A stretch of 58,765 bases of DNA, counting the filler, from Sphacelaria rigidula (lineage: Eukaryota): the NCBI GenBank assembly GCA_964200075.2. It is 7 parts of 7 records of this genome, joined end to end, with 100 filler letters (N's around TTAATTAATTAA, not from the genome) between each part and the next. Parts side by side here need not be neighbours in the genome. Positions count along the whole stretch, not along the records: positions 16,821 to 25,129 come from CAXNAA020011570.1; positions 25,230 to 33,538 come from CAXNAA020011571.1; positions 33,639 to 41,947 come from CAXNAA020011572.1; 4 more parts are not named here. One strand, written 5' to 3'. Made by a program: the position numbers and the translations under genes. Below the pieces are notes generated by a model. It had not been told where the DNA came from. It saw only the letters and a list, made by a program, of their open reading frames with translations, and searched no databases. Position 1 is the stretch's first letter. Each line of letters starts with the position of its first letter. Positions 24,204 to 37,372 of this stretch are shown here, in pieces.

Positions 24204-25996
24204 CTAAGATCTCGGCGTCGAGGGGGGCAGTAGCAATGTGGTTAGAAGGTGAGGAGGGGGATAGCCAGGGCGGGGCGGAGGCAAGAGAGGGGGGGGGGGG
24301 GGGGGGAAAATAAACAAAAAAAAAAAAAAATATAAAAAAGAGAGAAGAAAAAAAAGAAAAAAAAAAAACAAAAAAAAAAAAANNNNNNNNNNGGGGGGTT
24401 GGGTGGGGGGGGGGGGGGGGGGGAGGAAGGGGGGGGGGTGTGGTGGGGAAATATTGACAACATGAAATATATATTTCTTAAATGACATGATGAAATAAAA
24501 GTAAAAAAAATAACAACAAAATTAAAACAAAAAGGAAAATATTGAAGTAAACAAAAACATGAAATCTGGGTGACTGATCGATTAATCGATCGTTGATCGA
24601 TGAATGATTGACTGTCGTGCACCAACTGATCCCCCTAGGAACGCAGCCGTGGCCAGAAGATATGGACCTAAATTTATGTACCCTCAACGTAAAAAAAGAA
24701 GAAGAGATAGACGCTAACTGGGTGAAAACTGGAAGCTAGCAGAAAGAGACGCAAAGCGAAGGAAACAAAACGAGAGGAGCAAAATAACAGAAAAAAACTG
24801 GCAGAAGATTCCACGCTGAGGTTGGACGGGGGGCAGAGAGGTCGATGACAATATATATATCTGGGTCCCTGGAAGACTGAATGACTGGCGCACATGGGCT
24901 GATCTGCCTCAACAACACAAATCTACACGTGCTCACAAAACGGACAACACACGTATGTACCTCAAAGCTAGTGGTAAGCACCGTGATAGGTACACTCGCT
25001 CAAGAAAACTTCAGAATAGGCGGTAGAGATTAACAAAAAAACTAGGAGAGAAAGGCGCCACGCCAAGGTTCGCGGTGCAGGGGGGGGGGGGGGGGGGGGG
25101 GGAGGTGGTTTGTGGTGGAGAAAGGGGAANNNNNNNNNNNNNNNNNNNNNNNNNNNNNNNNNNNNNNNNNNNNTTAATTAATTAANNNNNNNNNNNNNNN
25201 NNNNNNNNNNNNNNNNNNNNNNNNNNNNNAACAAATTTGGACAATCTTAGAGAAACTAAGAAAATACCGATTCTGCATACTTCTGACGCTGACTACTGTA
25301 AGTATTTGTGAAAGTGCGAGTGCGAGTGGCGCACATATTGTTCTAGATAGTGCTGCGAACGATAGTCTCGGGCTGTGGTGCACAATTTTCCCGGGTGGGG
25401 TGCCTCTGGCCGTTAAAAGGATTGGTTTGATTGATCGTCGCACATTATTTTATCCCGCTGCAAGCGTCTAGCCGTGGTTACATGATGGACGTATGCGTAG
25501 ATGGCGTACAAAACGATGGAGGTTGACATGAAAATCATCTGTATTGAAACGAAGATCAGAAATTGACTGAGGATGGTTACTTCGTCATGTTTTAGCGGTG
25601 CTGCGATGTTGTGTTCTTGCATATGTCGAAATATGAAACATCCCATACGTCTTGATCAAAGACGATGAGGTGATCTTCAGCGTTGACCGCGGGTCTGAGC
25701 GGGGACGATGGACCGCGTGGCTGCGCAGTCACTAATGAGCACTGAAGATGGTGAATGATGAAGAATTACGTATTCACAAATACCATGAACACGAGAAGGA
25801 AGATACTCTCGGATCTGGAATGCTTGCAAATACGAATACTTTTAATGACAAATTGACTCAGCACACCCATTTTGTCCTCAAGGTACTAGTATCCTGGCAA
25901 CTGTACTGTAGTACGCACGAAGCTGTTTTTCTTTTTGTCCATGTTTTTCACTCAACACCCTTACCCCGACCTCTCTGCTTTCCTCTCGCAACGCAG

Positions 25997-28900
25997 GTGC
26001 TACTAGGGCTGCCGTACGACGGAGCTATCGATATCTGGTCATTGGGCTGCATATCCGTTGAAATGTTTCTTGGCCTTCCTGTTTTTCCGGGAGTCTCGGA
26101 CCACAACCAGATCTGCCGCATCGTGGAGATGACGGGAAGTCTCCCGGAGTTCATGCTAGAGAACGGCAAGGATACCCTCAAGTTTTTCAAGAGGGTGAGA
26201 GTGTTGCCTGATCGGGAGTGGGGGGGGCGTTTTCCTCTGTTGCTTGCCTTGCTGGTTTGATTACTGACCTCGCATCCCTGTCGAGACGGAGCACCGTTCC
26301 CACTCCCAGTAGAGGCACCTCCGAGATTTGGGTGCTCATTACGTTTCTTTTATACATTGCACAAGAAAAAATGTACATATGATCTTACCCCCCCCTCTGA
26401 TTCACCGTCTGTAGGTACCGCCTGTCTCCTGGTATAGCCATCGTTTTCTCCCTACTGTCGAATGCCTCAAACGATTTCATGCGACCTTTGTTTGCTTCCC
26501 GCATTTCATCCCCCCCAAGCGCGCCCCGTTCCTCCTTGTATAATTCACATTTTGCCACTCTATGAATTCTGCTCTTCATTGCTTTGCCACAGGGGAAATT
26601 TTATGCATGTACTCCCTTCTCCACTCCACCCACTACTGGTACACCTATCCCTTCTTTTCGGCAGGTCCAGATCACCCACCCGAAAATGAAATGCGCACGT
26701 CTTCGGATGAGAGACCTGAACCTGCCGAAAAGAAGGAGATATATCACTAGTCGAGTGGGGGGGGGGGGGGGGTATCTAGTTCTACCAAATGGTTTTCACC
26801 GACGCTATTGAACTTTATGCTTGAATTTTGGGCTATTTTGGGCTATGCCAATGGTGCACACGTCGGACAGATCATGATCTGTCTGAAACAGCTCATCAAA
26901 CAAGACTCTCGAATCCGTTGCTCCAAAAACACAAAATATGTAACCGCGGAGTCAGAAAAGCAAAACCGCAACCTTTGCGCTGCTCGGCGTGCTCGGTGTC
27001 CGGCGCTGTAAAGAGAAAAAGTGGAAAAGGGGGGCCAAGTGGTTCGGATGATGATCCGGATCAGTATACTGAGAAGAAGTAATTTTCAGACAGATCATGA
27101 TATGTCTGACATATGCGCAATGGTGTGTGCAGGCAGCTTTTACACCCACACCTTCGTCGTGGCGGATGCCGGAGCCGTTGTTGTCTCGCGCTGACTGGAT
27201 GATAGGCACTGTTCTCGGACCAGATTTTGAGCGGGTTGTATCGCTGTAGGTTAGCTTGCCATCAACGGCTCCTCTTTGGTATCTACAAAGTTGTCACAAG
27301 GGAGGATCGTACAAAATTAGAAGAAGAAAAAAAGTTTTTTTTTTTTCTTTCTCCTCGATGTGTTCCTGTACTCCGCCTCCCGCCAACCAAGTCGCTTTGT
27401 CTTCTTAGGAAAATGAAACGCGATGATAATGGCCCTGTGTGATGCTTGATGTTTGCGGCTCTAGAACACGGCCAATCTACCCCTGTTGTGCTCACATGGA
27501 CGTTGTTATGCTTTCATTTCAGGTGCCGATTAGCGAAGGTAACACCGATGGAATGAGACGTTGGCGGTCTGCCGCGGATATGGCAATCAGTCCAGATCGG
27601 GAAGACAGCGTAGAGGGAGGCAGGACTACTAGACGAGGTCGCGCTGGCCGAAACTATAGGCAAGACAACGGAGGCTGGGAGGGGTGGGAGGGGACGGGGT
27701 GGTGGTACTCTCATGATCTTGCATGCCGCAGTCATAGGGCGGGGGGAGCGCGGTCATGTCTTGGACGATCCAGATGCATCATGGACTCATTCCCTGCGCT
27801 TTTCCTTGATCTTCATCGTCATCGTTGCCCGAGCCCATTCGGTAACCCATCGCGATATGCACCCCTCCTCAATCCGCCATGCCCTGTTGTGTCGTGTCTT
27901 TTTATGCGGTTACACCTGGACGTGGGACTTGAAGTGTGATACACCGATTTCCCTCCAACCCACTCCGCTACTTCTCTTTACGCTCTCCTTGTCCATCTCT
28001 TCCCCCCTCCGACCCTCTTTTCCTCTCTCGCTGATCAGACATGTGCTGAAGTCGCCGGAGGAGTACGCGCGAGACACCAACACAACAGTGCCGCAGCTCA
28101 AGAAGTACTTCAAGCATAGCAATATCCCGGATATCGTGCAGAGCTACCCGCTGCCAGGAGCGGCCCGGCGCGGATCGTCGTCTGCTACAGGCGGCAGTGG
28201 TGGGGGTGGCGGGTCTCATGACAGTGTCACGCAGGAGAAGGAGGCCCGCCGAGTGTTCACGCACTTCGTGCTAGGACTGCTGAATCCCAACCCTTGGAAA
28301 AGATGGACGCCGAAGCAGGTGATTTGGGATGTACTGATTTGTTGATTTCATTGTCGCACATTAACTGCTCCCCTGGGAATCCAGCACACGTGGCACAGAT
28401 CATGATCTGTCTGAAATGACTATACAAAGAAGACTCTCGGATCTGTTGGTCCAAAAACACAAGATGTGTGACCGCGGAGTCAAAAAAGCCAAAGCGCAAC
28501 CTTTGTGCTACACGGCGTGTTCTGCGTCCGACGCTGCAGGGAGCAAACATGGAAATGAGGGGCCAAATGATCAAAATCATTGTCCGGATCAGTATGATTG
28601 ATTGATTGATTGATTGTCGCACTTTAAGTGACCCCCCAGGGGTCCAGCCGTGGTCTCGTGATAGACATACCCAAGAAAAACGAAATTCAAACACCCTTTA
28701 AGGAAAGAAAAAAAAGAGGGGTCGAACAGAACGACATGGCAGACTAAGTCGTGACGGAAGAAGAAAAGTAATTAAAGTTCAACACAAGCAAAGCACAGAA
28801 AGAAATGGCCGACCTATAACAAAAAACAAAAAACAAGAGGAAAGTATGAAGCAAATGAAAAAAACAATGAAACGACGGGGAAAAAGAAATGAGAGGAAGT

Positions 28901-31900
28901 AATTTCCCGACGGGTCATAATCTGTCCGAAGTCTGGAATCCAGCTGGAGTCACAAAGTTTCACACCTTGGACAACATATGGTCAATAGATGCAATAGACG
29001 AGAAGTGTACTGCATAAAGTATAGGCCTATTGCAACTGTTGCCGACCGACAATAGTCACAATAGGCCAATATTCTATGCAGTACGTTTCTTGTCTATTGC
29101 AACTATTGACCATGTATTGTCCAAGGTGTCAAAAAGGGAGCACTCGCTGGAGGAAAACTCGACATGGGAGAAGACAAATAAAAAGAGGGATTAAAACGAA
29201 CGAGAGTAAATGCTGAACTAAAACGAGAGATCGCAAGAGTGGGGGAAGAAAAAGAGAGAGAGAGAGAGAGAGAGGACAACAACCTGGGTAGTCGGTCCCG
29301 ATGAAGATGTTGAAAAACGATGACAAGAACTTCAACAAGATATAGATGGAAGACAAGAAAAAAAAAAAGAGGAAGAAGTGGAACGTCAAGACCATGATGC
29401 AGAACATGCGTACGAAGGTGTCTCCCTCTAATAAGAGTGTGTGTGCGTGGGCGTTCTCGCTGCCGTTTGTCAGAGGTTTGATGAAGAGCGAGAGAAGCCG
29501 CGGCGGGCGATTCTCTAAGTGGTCGGAACCGAAATGCTGCTGATGTCGCTGTCTTTGTTGCTCCTGATCCGGTCCACCTTGGCACCCTAGACTCTCCATG
29601 GCTCAGTTGTCCGTAAACCTTGGTGGTTGTTTGGTGGGAATCTGAGCTCTCTCCCACCGAATCTGCCACCTCCTATATTGAGCGCTGTAACGCTTGGCCC
29701 TTTCTCTCCGTCGGATGTTTGGCCGAAAAGGGTGAGCACGAGTTACTCAAGATAGAATTTCGTGTTCCGAACCGCGCCATGTCACCTTGCGCATCGCAGG
29801 CGGCGTCGCACCCCTTTATAACGGGACAACCGCATCCGCGAGACCTGGGAGCCCTCACCATAGCGGATGACCCGCTAGTCAGCGACCGGTACACGCGCCA
29901 GATGCAGGCGCTGCAGCTGAAGCAGCAGAAGAGTCAACGTGACGCGGAGCGCAAGCATGCTCAGCGAGTGCGTCAGCAGGTACCGGGAGATGTTACGAGC
30001 TCATGTGCTGTTCCTTTGATGATAGTTCTCCCTTTTGTCAACCCCGTTTTTGACGGCTGATTGTATTACTTTATGCGTTAATGTTGACAAGCGTTTTCTC
30101 TCCAGTACCCTTTTGAATGGAATATAATACGTAGGAGCTGCATTGGGCTGGCTCCGAGGTTGAGAAGTGGGCGTGTTTGAAAAAAGCTTGGCGACTCTTG
30201 GCTTTTGCGTCGTTCCGCTGATGCACTGGGCGTAGCGGTCCCCACTCTCTAGTTAGCCGCGCCCCTACACCACAGGCTTTTGTTGCATTTTACCTCAAAT
30301 GTAATACATTGATATGATACTCGGGGAAGACAATACAAAGAGTCATTTGAAACTCGGTTCTCCCCGTAGGGAATGGAGTCCTGTGGAGCTGGGCGCTGAC
30401 AGACTTGATTATAGAAGGCTAGCTGGGCACACATGGTACATACTCCTTCCTGCTACCCGTTGAGAAAGGATATTTATTTTGTTGAGCATTTGCGCTGCAA
30501 AGTTTGGCGTACGACGGAGACGCGCAGCGGGTAGAGCGTGACGCGTGTGGTAACTGGACGACGTGTTCTTGTAACACGGTATATAGAGCCCGGCCCCGCT
30601 CTCCTGCCAAGGACAAGTTACATGCTAGTTTTCCAGACAATGAACTCTTCATCATACCACGCATCAGTTGCAACCCATTATCCGTAACCATGCTGGTAGT
30701 TGGTGTTACCATTGCTACTGGAAGCAGACTCTCGTGGGTGGTATCAGCGACGACTCGAGCGATTGGCCGACACCTTTCGAATAAATTACAGCTGTTTTTG
30801 AAAGAATTACAGCCGTAGCCCAAAGGCGCTGTGACGAAATAATCGAACATGAAAAAAAGGTACGTCGTATTTCTTACATTCCGCATTACACGACGGTACC
30901 ATTATGTTGCGCTTTCAGGAACTTTCCTGAGAATTTGAGCTGATCATGATGGTGTACATGGCACAAAAAACTCTGTTGACTTGGTTACAGTGTAAACTAA
31001 CCGACACATGCGCTTATTTTTGGATACCGTAAGGCAGCCATTGATGTTGAGACTGTTCATCGGTGCCTTTCATTTGATATGAAGTTCAACCGAGGTGCAC
31101 ACCACCCTGCACCAAAATATTCCGTACACGCTCGCCCCAACCTTCACGTGTCGCCCTTTTGTGCAACGCAAGCAGCAGCGGGAGCAAGGAAGAGGCATGG
31201 CGATCCCCGGCGCGTCTCAGTCTCGCACCTTATCTTCCTCACTTTCGGGATCGGCTCAGCAGGGAGGAGGCATCCTCGCGTCGGGAGGAGGCGGCACCCC
31301 GGGTTCCATAGGTAGTCATCACTCCCAGTACCACGCTAGCCCCCTCCAGCGCCACGTGCGGCGTGGCAGCGGCGACAGCGGCTTGATGGCCATGCAAATC
31401 GCGCACACGCCGCAGGGAACTCCTCACGGGGGATCTGGTGGCAGCGGTTCGCGCGGAGGGGGGTCGGGCGGCGGAGATGACCATCGTTTCGGCATGTCTC
31501 GACCAATCGACGTGCCAATCGGTGGCCGAGGCGGCGGAGGAGTCGGCGGGGGTGGCGGGGTGGCGCACGGTGGGGCTCACAGCATGTTGGGCGGACATGG
31601 CAGGGGCAGGGGCCGTGGAATGGTCGGCGGTGACAGTGGCGCCGGAGGAGGGGGGTCAGGAGGGGGAGGCGGGCATGATCTGATAGCGCGATCTATGGGT
31701 GTTCCTGTGCGAGGCGGCGTCGGCACGTCGTATCCCCCCCATGCAGACGACGACGACGAGGTGGAACCCGGGCGTACAGAGGATCATAGTTATAGTTATG
31801 GCGCGGCGAGCTTCAGTCTCGGCGGCGCGTCCGGCAACTACGTCGCCAGCGATTTCGGTTACGCCCTGCAGAGACCCGGTCTGCGGTACGATCCAACGTA

Positions 31901-33435
31901 CAGGCAAAGCTCGCCCTCCGGACACAGCAGCAGTCACGTTGGATCGAGTTCGCTGCGCATCTGTGGACTACATGACGGCGGCGGTGGTATGGGAATCGGC
32001 CCCGGGTTGAATCATCGCGCCAGTTTCAACTCCTACATCCCACAGACGCACGATGGGCCTCGCAGAGGGCATGAGAGAGGCGGGAGAGCGATGAGCATGG
32101 ATCAAACCCAGACTGCCTCGCTTCACTACTACGTGGGCGCCGGTTCAGGCGGGATTGGTGCGCAGCTACCCGGGGTGCCGGGGCAATTCGGACCCCAGTC
32201 TCTACGCTACCCCAGCAACGTGCAGGCGCAGGCATCCAGCTCAGTTTCGGCGACCACTGCGGGCCCCCCGGCATATACCCCTCTCGCGCGCGGCGGGTTT
32301 TTGGGGCCGTCTGCCTCTACGTTCCGAAATGACGCGCCGCCTCAGGGTTCCGTCCCGTGGGTACGAGCAGGCCGCGGAATCGGGAACAGCGAACCGGTCT
32401 CTGGGGGTCCGCGCGCTCACTCGACCAGCCCGTTGTGCGGAAGGTGAGAAAGGAAAGAGGCGGAAGTTGAACATGATGAAGTACAAGGTGTTCCTGTTGT
32501 CAAGACGGTTTGATTTCGCAGAGGGGGGACAGGCGAGAATGAGTCATGAACAAGCGCAATGGTGACCCTCTAGTAAAAAAAAAAAGTAAAAATTGGAGTA
32601 CATTATGTCAGGAGATACTGCGAACTTCTTCGCCAATGATGATACCATTTGCGTCTGTCGATTTTGTTTGGTATGTTGGATTAAAGAGCTTGCCCAGGTA
32701 TACACGTCGTTCGTTTGGAAGCTGTACTTGCGTCGACAACAGTCTTTATTGACCAAGTCGATGATTCTCGGTTATGACTTACCCCTCCCCATCCCCTCTC
32801 CCCTCCCCTCCCTCCCGCGCATCAGGCCACCGTCAATGGACTTTCCCGCCGTGGATGCGTCCGAGTTCGCACACGACCCAAACGGCGATGACATGAGCGT
32901 CAACACTCTCGACAGCGGAACTGCCGGAGACAACAACCACAACCATAGCAGTAACCACAACCATCACAACAGCAGCAACAAAAATAACTGGGGCGGCGGG
33001 GGGGGAGGGGTGCGGTTGGCCGGAGTAGAGTCGGACGTGGGTCACCGGACGCGACACACAGCTGGTGCTGGACGGCGCGGGCACCGACGAGACATCATGG
33101 GTAGCTTGGGCACAGATCCCGACATCGTTGCGAACGAGGTGGTGGGGGAGGGCGCAGGAGGGGGAGGAGCGCCGTTTGGGTTTAGGCTGGATGATGGAGG
33201 TAGGGTGCAGGGAGACGCGACGATCAGCAGTCCACTGAATTGGATGAGCGGGGGTGAGATGGATGACCCCGAGGGGGTGCACAAACGGTCGCTGAATGGT
33301 ACGTCGAAGGGTGTATCTCCGCGGTCGAAAGGCGTTTTAGGCGGGACGAGCAGCCCGCACGATGAAGGAGATTTGATCCGAAGAGTGGCGTGCGATGAGC
33401 CGCTACCAGGGATGGTGCAGCAGCAGCCACCACAG
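25997..33435 (+). CDS. Yak1/HIPK-like dual-specificity protein kinase (CMGC, DYRK family), partial: C-lobe and long disordered C-terminus; exons 25997-26194, 27523-27659, 28039-28318, 29800-29979, about 31176-32443, 32826-33435
   Basis: VLLGLPYDGAIDIWSLGCISVEMFLGLPVFPGVSDHNQICRIVEM (subdomains VIII-X, Yak1-type), LKSPEEY..KKYFK..IVQSYP, and FTHFVLGLLNPNPWKRWTPKQ|AASHPFITG (subdomain XI). Splice phases are continuous across all six exons. Confidence 0.9.
26856..27116. mobile_element. MITE with about 35-bp palindrome-containing TIRs and an 8-bp TSD (hAT-like); partial copies at about 28385-28595 and 11820-12020
   Basis: gcacacgtcggacagatcatgatctgtctgaaa / tttcagacagatcatgatatgtctgacatatgc, with flanks ccaatggt (26848-26855) and gcaatggt (27117-27124). 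Confidence 0.7.
28963..29128. mobile_element. 166-bp fold-back MITE with CACC...GGTG termini and a 3-bp TSD (TCA); CACTA/EnSpm-like
   Basis: tca|CACCTTGGACAA...TTGTCCAAGGTG|tca. The inverted arms extend over most of the length. Confidence 0.8.
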
Positions 33436-35118
33436 GTCAGTTTTTGTTTCGAGGAGAAAGGGGGGGGGGGGGGGGGGGCAGAGGGCAGTTCTCTTTGTTT
33501 TTGTATGCGCCGCTTTGTTGATTTCTTTTGTGGTTGTTNNNNNNNNNNNNNNNNNNNNNNNNNNNNNNNNNNNNNNNNNNNNTTAATTAATTAANNNNNN
33601 NNNNNNNNNNNNNNNNNNNNNNNNNNNNNNNNNNNNNNTGTTTTCAAATAAAAGAGTCAAGGGGGGGTGGTTGGGTTGAGGAAAGTTTACGGGCCCCCCC
33701 TGGGGGGGGGGGGGGGGGGGGGGGGGGGGTGTACTCATGATCATGCATGCCATAGTCATAAAACCATTGACCTCTCTATATATATTTATATACATATGCC
33801 CTTTTGGGGGGAGGGGGGGGCGTACTCATTTGCTGCTTCCCTCAGTCGTTTGACCATTGACAACGCATCCCTTTCGAGACGGAGCACCGTTTGTACCTCT
33901 AATAGAGACACCTCCAACATTCCGGCGCTCATCACGTTTCTTCCATATATTACACAAAAATACTTTCTACGTATCTTATCCCCGTCCTGTTTCGCGGTCT
34001 GTGGCCACCATTTATCTCCTACTTTAGTATAACCATAATTTTCTCCCTACTGTCTAATGCATTAAACGATTCCATGCCACCTTCGTTCACGTCCCGCATT
34101 TCCCCCTCTAGCAAGTCCCGTTCCTCCTTGTATAGTTCACATTTTACCACTATATGACTTCTGCTCTCTACCATATTGCTTTGCCACCGCGGCAGTTTTG
34201 TGCACTTACTTCCTCCTCCACACGACTACTGGTATATCTCTTTCTTCCAGCTCACCTAACCAGTTGTTTGCGTGCTTTGGGACAACCCTGCTGCCTACGA
34301 GCGGCTTGCAGAGTCTTGAATAGCTTTCATGGCAGTTTTTCGACAAAAAGTAAAACGTTTCTATACTGCCACGGAATGGGGGGAACGGAGGATGGGGCAG
34401 GGGGTGCCTGAACTGGGAGACATGTACTACTTACTCTCTGTCTCATCTGATGAGTTGTTGACTGTTTCCCTCGGCTTGTAACCAAATAACCGAGCCGGAA
34501 CCTAATTCCACACGGATCTGTATCATCGTAGCCCATCATCCGAAACCAAGCAGGTGGAGTCGGTCCTTTACTCATTGACTCATTATTACCGTTCCTAGAG
34601 AATGTGAGCACGATCTGGAAACATTGGAAATGATGACAGAGACCACCTGCAGACACCGTCTTTTTTCGTGCCCAGTTAGACTTACGTCCGGAGGTCATTC
34701 TCGAAACCTGCGGAGCCAAGCGAATCGGAAAAGTGGGCTATTCTCCTTTCGGTGGGGTGATGCAAAATGTCGATCGAATACTGTAGATACGATAGGGATA
34801 TTCCCTGTCTCAAGACTGAATCCCGTGTGACATGTCTCAAAACTGAAAAATTCGTCATAAGAAACCTCGTAAAAAACGGTCTTCCTGTTTCTCGTTCCCC
34901 CGGTTTTACTCTGTTCGTATTATCTTCCGTTCATGTCGTCATAAATTCCCCTTTTCGAGTGTTCTTTATTGAGTGTCCCCGACTTGTTTGCCTCGGGTAC
35001 GCCTCAGGGGATAAGTTAACTCACGCACGACAATTGACCAACAAACTATGAAAAACAACCTGATCAACCAACCGAACAATCAATATCCTCTCCCACTCTG
35101 ATACAGTCCCCGCTTTGC

Positions 35119-35203
35119 TCCCCAAACTTCGAGCCGCCGGCTGCAGCTACATGACCAATATTTCCCCAAACTTTGAGCCGCCGACTGCAGCTACGTGACC
35201 AAT
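35119..35203. repeat. Tandem duplication, 2 x about 44 bp
   Basis: ccccaaactt(c/t)gagccgccg(g/a)ctgcagctac(a/g)tgaccaat occurs twice. Confidence 0.85.
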
Positions 35204-36782
35204 CATTCGCGTTGCCTGTCCGGCTACTTGCTTGCGTCGACTGTCCAGCAGTACAACACGCGATCTCGGCTGAATTACGAATGCGAGCGGAACAATTATT
35301 GGGCTTTATTATGCCTCAGTTCGGCCGACGCATTACATTCGCGCGCGTTCGCTCAAGTGTTGTCTTCACCGCTGGGCCGGTGCTGGACCTGTGCTGGGCA
35401 TGTCGATTTTCATCTCACAATGATTGCAAAATACCTTCACGCGGCCTTTTCAGAGCGCAAGTGTTTATATTTACAGGATGTGTTCATCGACTGCCCCACT
35501 GATGGTACTGAATACCGCCACAGGTCCTCGAAATTTTGCAACGAAGGCATTGTGATGTACGCGGACAAGTGGTCACGGCAATTTCCATATCGTACGAGTA
35601 CTCAAGCCTTCTGCTTGCCCCAAGGCCACCACCCGAAAACGGCATGTTGAAACAGGCGACAACACACAGCTAGCAGCGAGTCCACGGCTGTAGTTGAATC
35701 ACTCAACATGGAGGAGGTGAACTTACGTACCGCGCCAGGATTCAGCTTGTCGTACTATATTAGCACGAGTCGGTAGCACAACCTCCAACAATAGATTTAC
35801 GCAAATGGTGGCATTTCACAGTACAACGCTTTACTGCTCTGTGCTGCAAGATACCGAACTGTCCTGTAGACGTTTACACTTTGTACGCCTCGTGAGTAAA
35901 TCAGGGACCCGGAAAACAAACCGGGAAAATAATGCTGTATGAGCAGACGTTAGACGTTTACGTTTTATCTTTGTATGTAAGTATAACTCTACTGGTGGAT
36001 TTGTGAAGGATACACGAACTATCAAAGGTCTCCATTACTCTACGGTACTCTACCACTGCACTGTCTATATCGTAGCCTACTCATTCGGGCATGTCGTGTA
36101 CCATCGGAGCGCCAGCCCGCAATACTTCTTGCCCATCAAACATGCAACATGAGCTTCCAAAGCGTACAGGTGTTCTGTGCAAACTTTGTCGGCGTGTCGA
36201 GAGATGCCAAGATTAGTCCACATGAAAAAAGGATAAAATCGACTGTTGTTGTACTCGTACATGCACTTATCAATCGAATGCACAGGAGAGCACGGACAGC
36301 ACTGCAGCAGTAGTCGTACACAGTACAGCAATGGTCAAGTGTGCGGTATTTCTGTGGAGTAAATAAAGCCGCTGATTGTAGTTGGTTGTGTAAAACCGAC
36401 AATATACTTGTATCCGAAAGAACTACTTCGTATTTGACAAAGATTCGACCGCCAAGTATTTACAAGTCGATGCTGTTGCAACGCCGTGGGCATGCAAAGA
36501 ACACGGCCTGGTTCATACACGCAAAGGCACCAACATTTGATCAATGCAAGACGGCCTGCTCAGTAGCAGCATCTAGCTGTGTGCGCTCGTTTGCTCACGC
36601 ACGTAGAAACCAATGCCAACGTGGGTGCTGTCAAGTGCCTGTTTACGACTACTGTACACATTTGACTGGCACATCAAAGTCCACGTGTGATCAAGTTGCA
36701 GTTTGCACGACAGCTTTCAAGGCAGGCTGCATTGCTCACGACTGTACAGCAACGGCCTCATAGAGACACGGAGAACACTCAC

Positions 36783-37372
36783 GTTATGCCCAACTCGTAG
36801 AACAGACCGATGCGCAAAACCATGGAAGCCTTTGAATCCTCTCCAGCGCGCCACCTTAGCGTGCACACCACCAGGCTCACCAGCAGTACGACGACGAGCG
36901 CCGACATTGCAATCATCTGATATCGGTAGCTTCTAACGAAGCCCCTGCCCATAGTAGTGCTCGCCACAATCTGCGCCAAAAAGAAACATAGCATGCCATA
37001 TGTCGCCAGATACGCCACATCCGGGACAGCCAGATACGGTACCCATCTCAACCTCGCAAGGGTTAAACCCGTGGCTACGGCCCGACTAAGACATGCGATG
37101 CACAGGATGCCGACAACCATTCGACGCCACCTAACACCCTCCCCGGGTTCGCTGGGTTGCCGTCGGCCGCTTGAACCTCCACCTCGGCGGCGGCGCTGTT
37201 GTGGTGTATGCTGTGAACGGCGTTGCTGTCGTGATGATGTTGTCGCTGGGGGTGGTGTTTGCTGCCTCGAGGTGCACAGGTATATCCATCCGCACCGTGC
37301 CGAAATGAGACAGAAGCTCATCGTTTCACCGACCAGGACCAGCATGCCCAGGTTTTGTTGTCCCTGATACAT
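36783..37372 (-). CDS. Exon of a multi-pass membrane protein, THH1/TOM1/GPR137 (DUF1084)-like
   Basis: About 5 hydrophobic helices: LGMLVLVGETMSFCLIS, WRRMVVGILCIACLSRAV, PDVAYLATYGMLCFFLAQI (compare P..LF..TY.LL.LFWA), IAMSALVVVLLVSLVV and LRIGLFYELGI. The exon ends at the donor AC|gtgagt. The start is uncertain and downstream exons were not identified. Confidence 0.6.

Noticed and set aside
30419-30886. 155-aa intronic ORF, with a WVATDAWY motif in another frame, as a nested gene
   Set aside because: The motif frame is interrupted by stops and shows no family signature; at most a decayed TE fragment.
31239-33433. Antisense and alternative-frame ORFs over the large exons (also at 9144-10441)
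   Set aside because: These are expected by-products of GC-rich, low-complexity coding sequence.
9186-33435. Apparent cAMP/flagellar cluster (CFAP57-like, sAC, Yak1-like kinase)
   Set aside because: The genes lie on different contigs joined artificially by length, so the adjacency is not biological.
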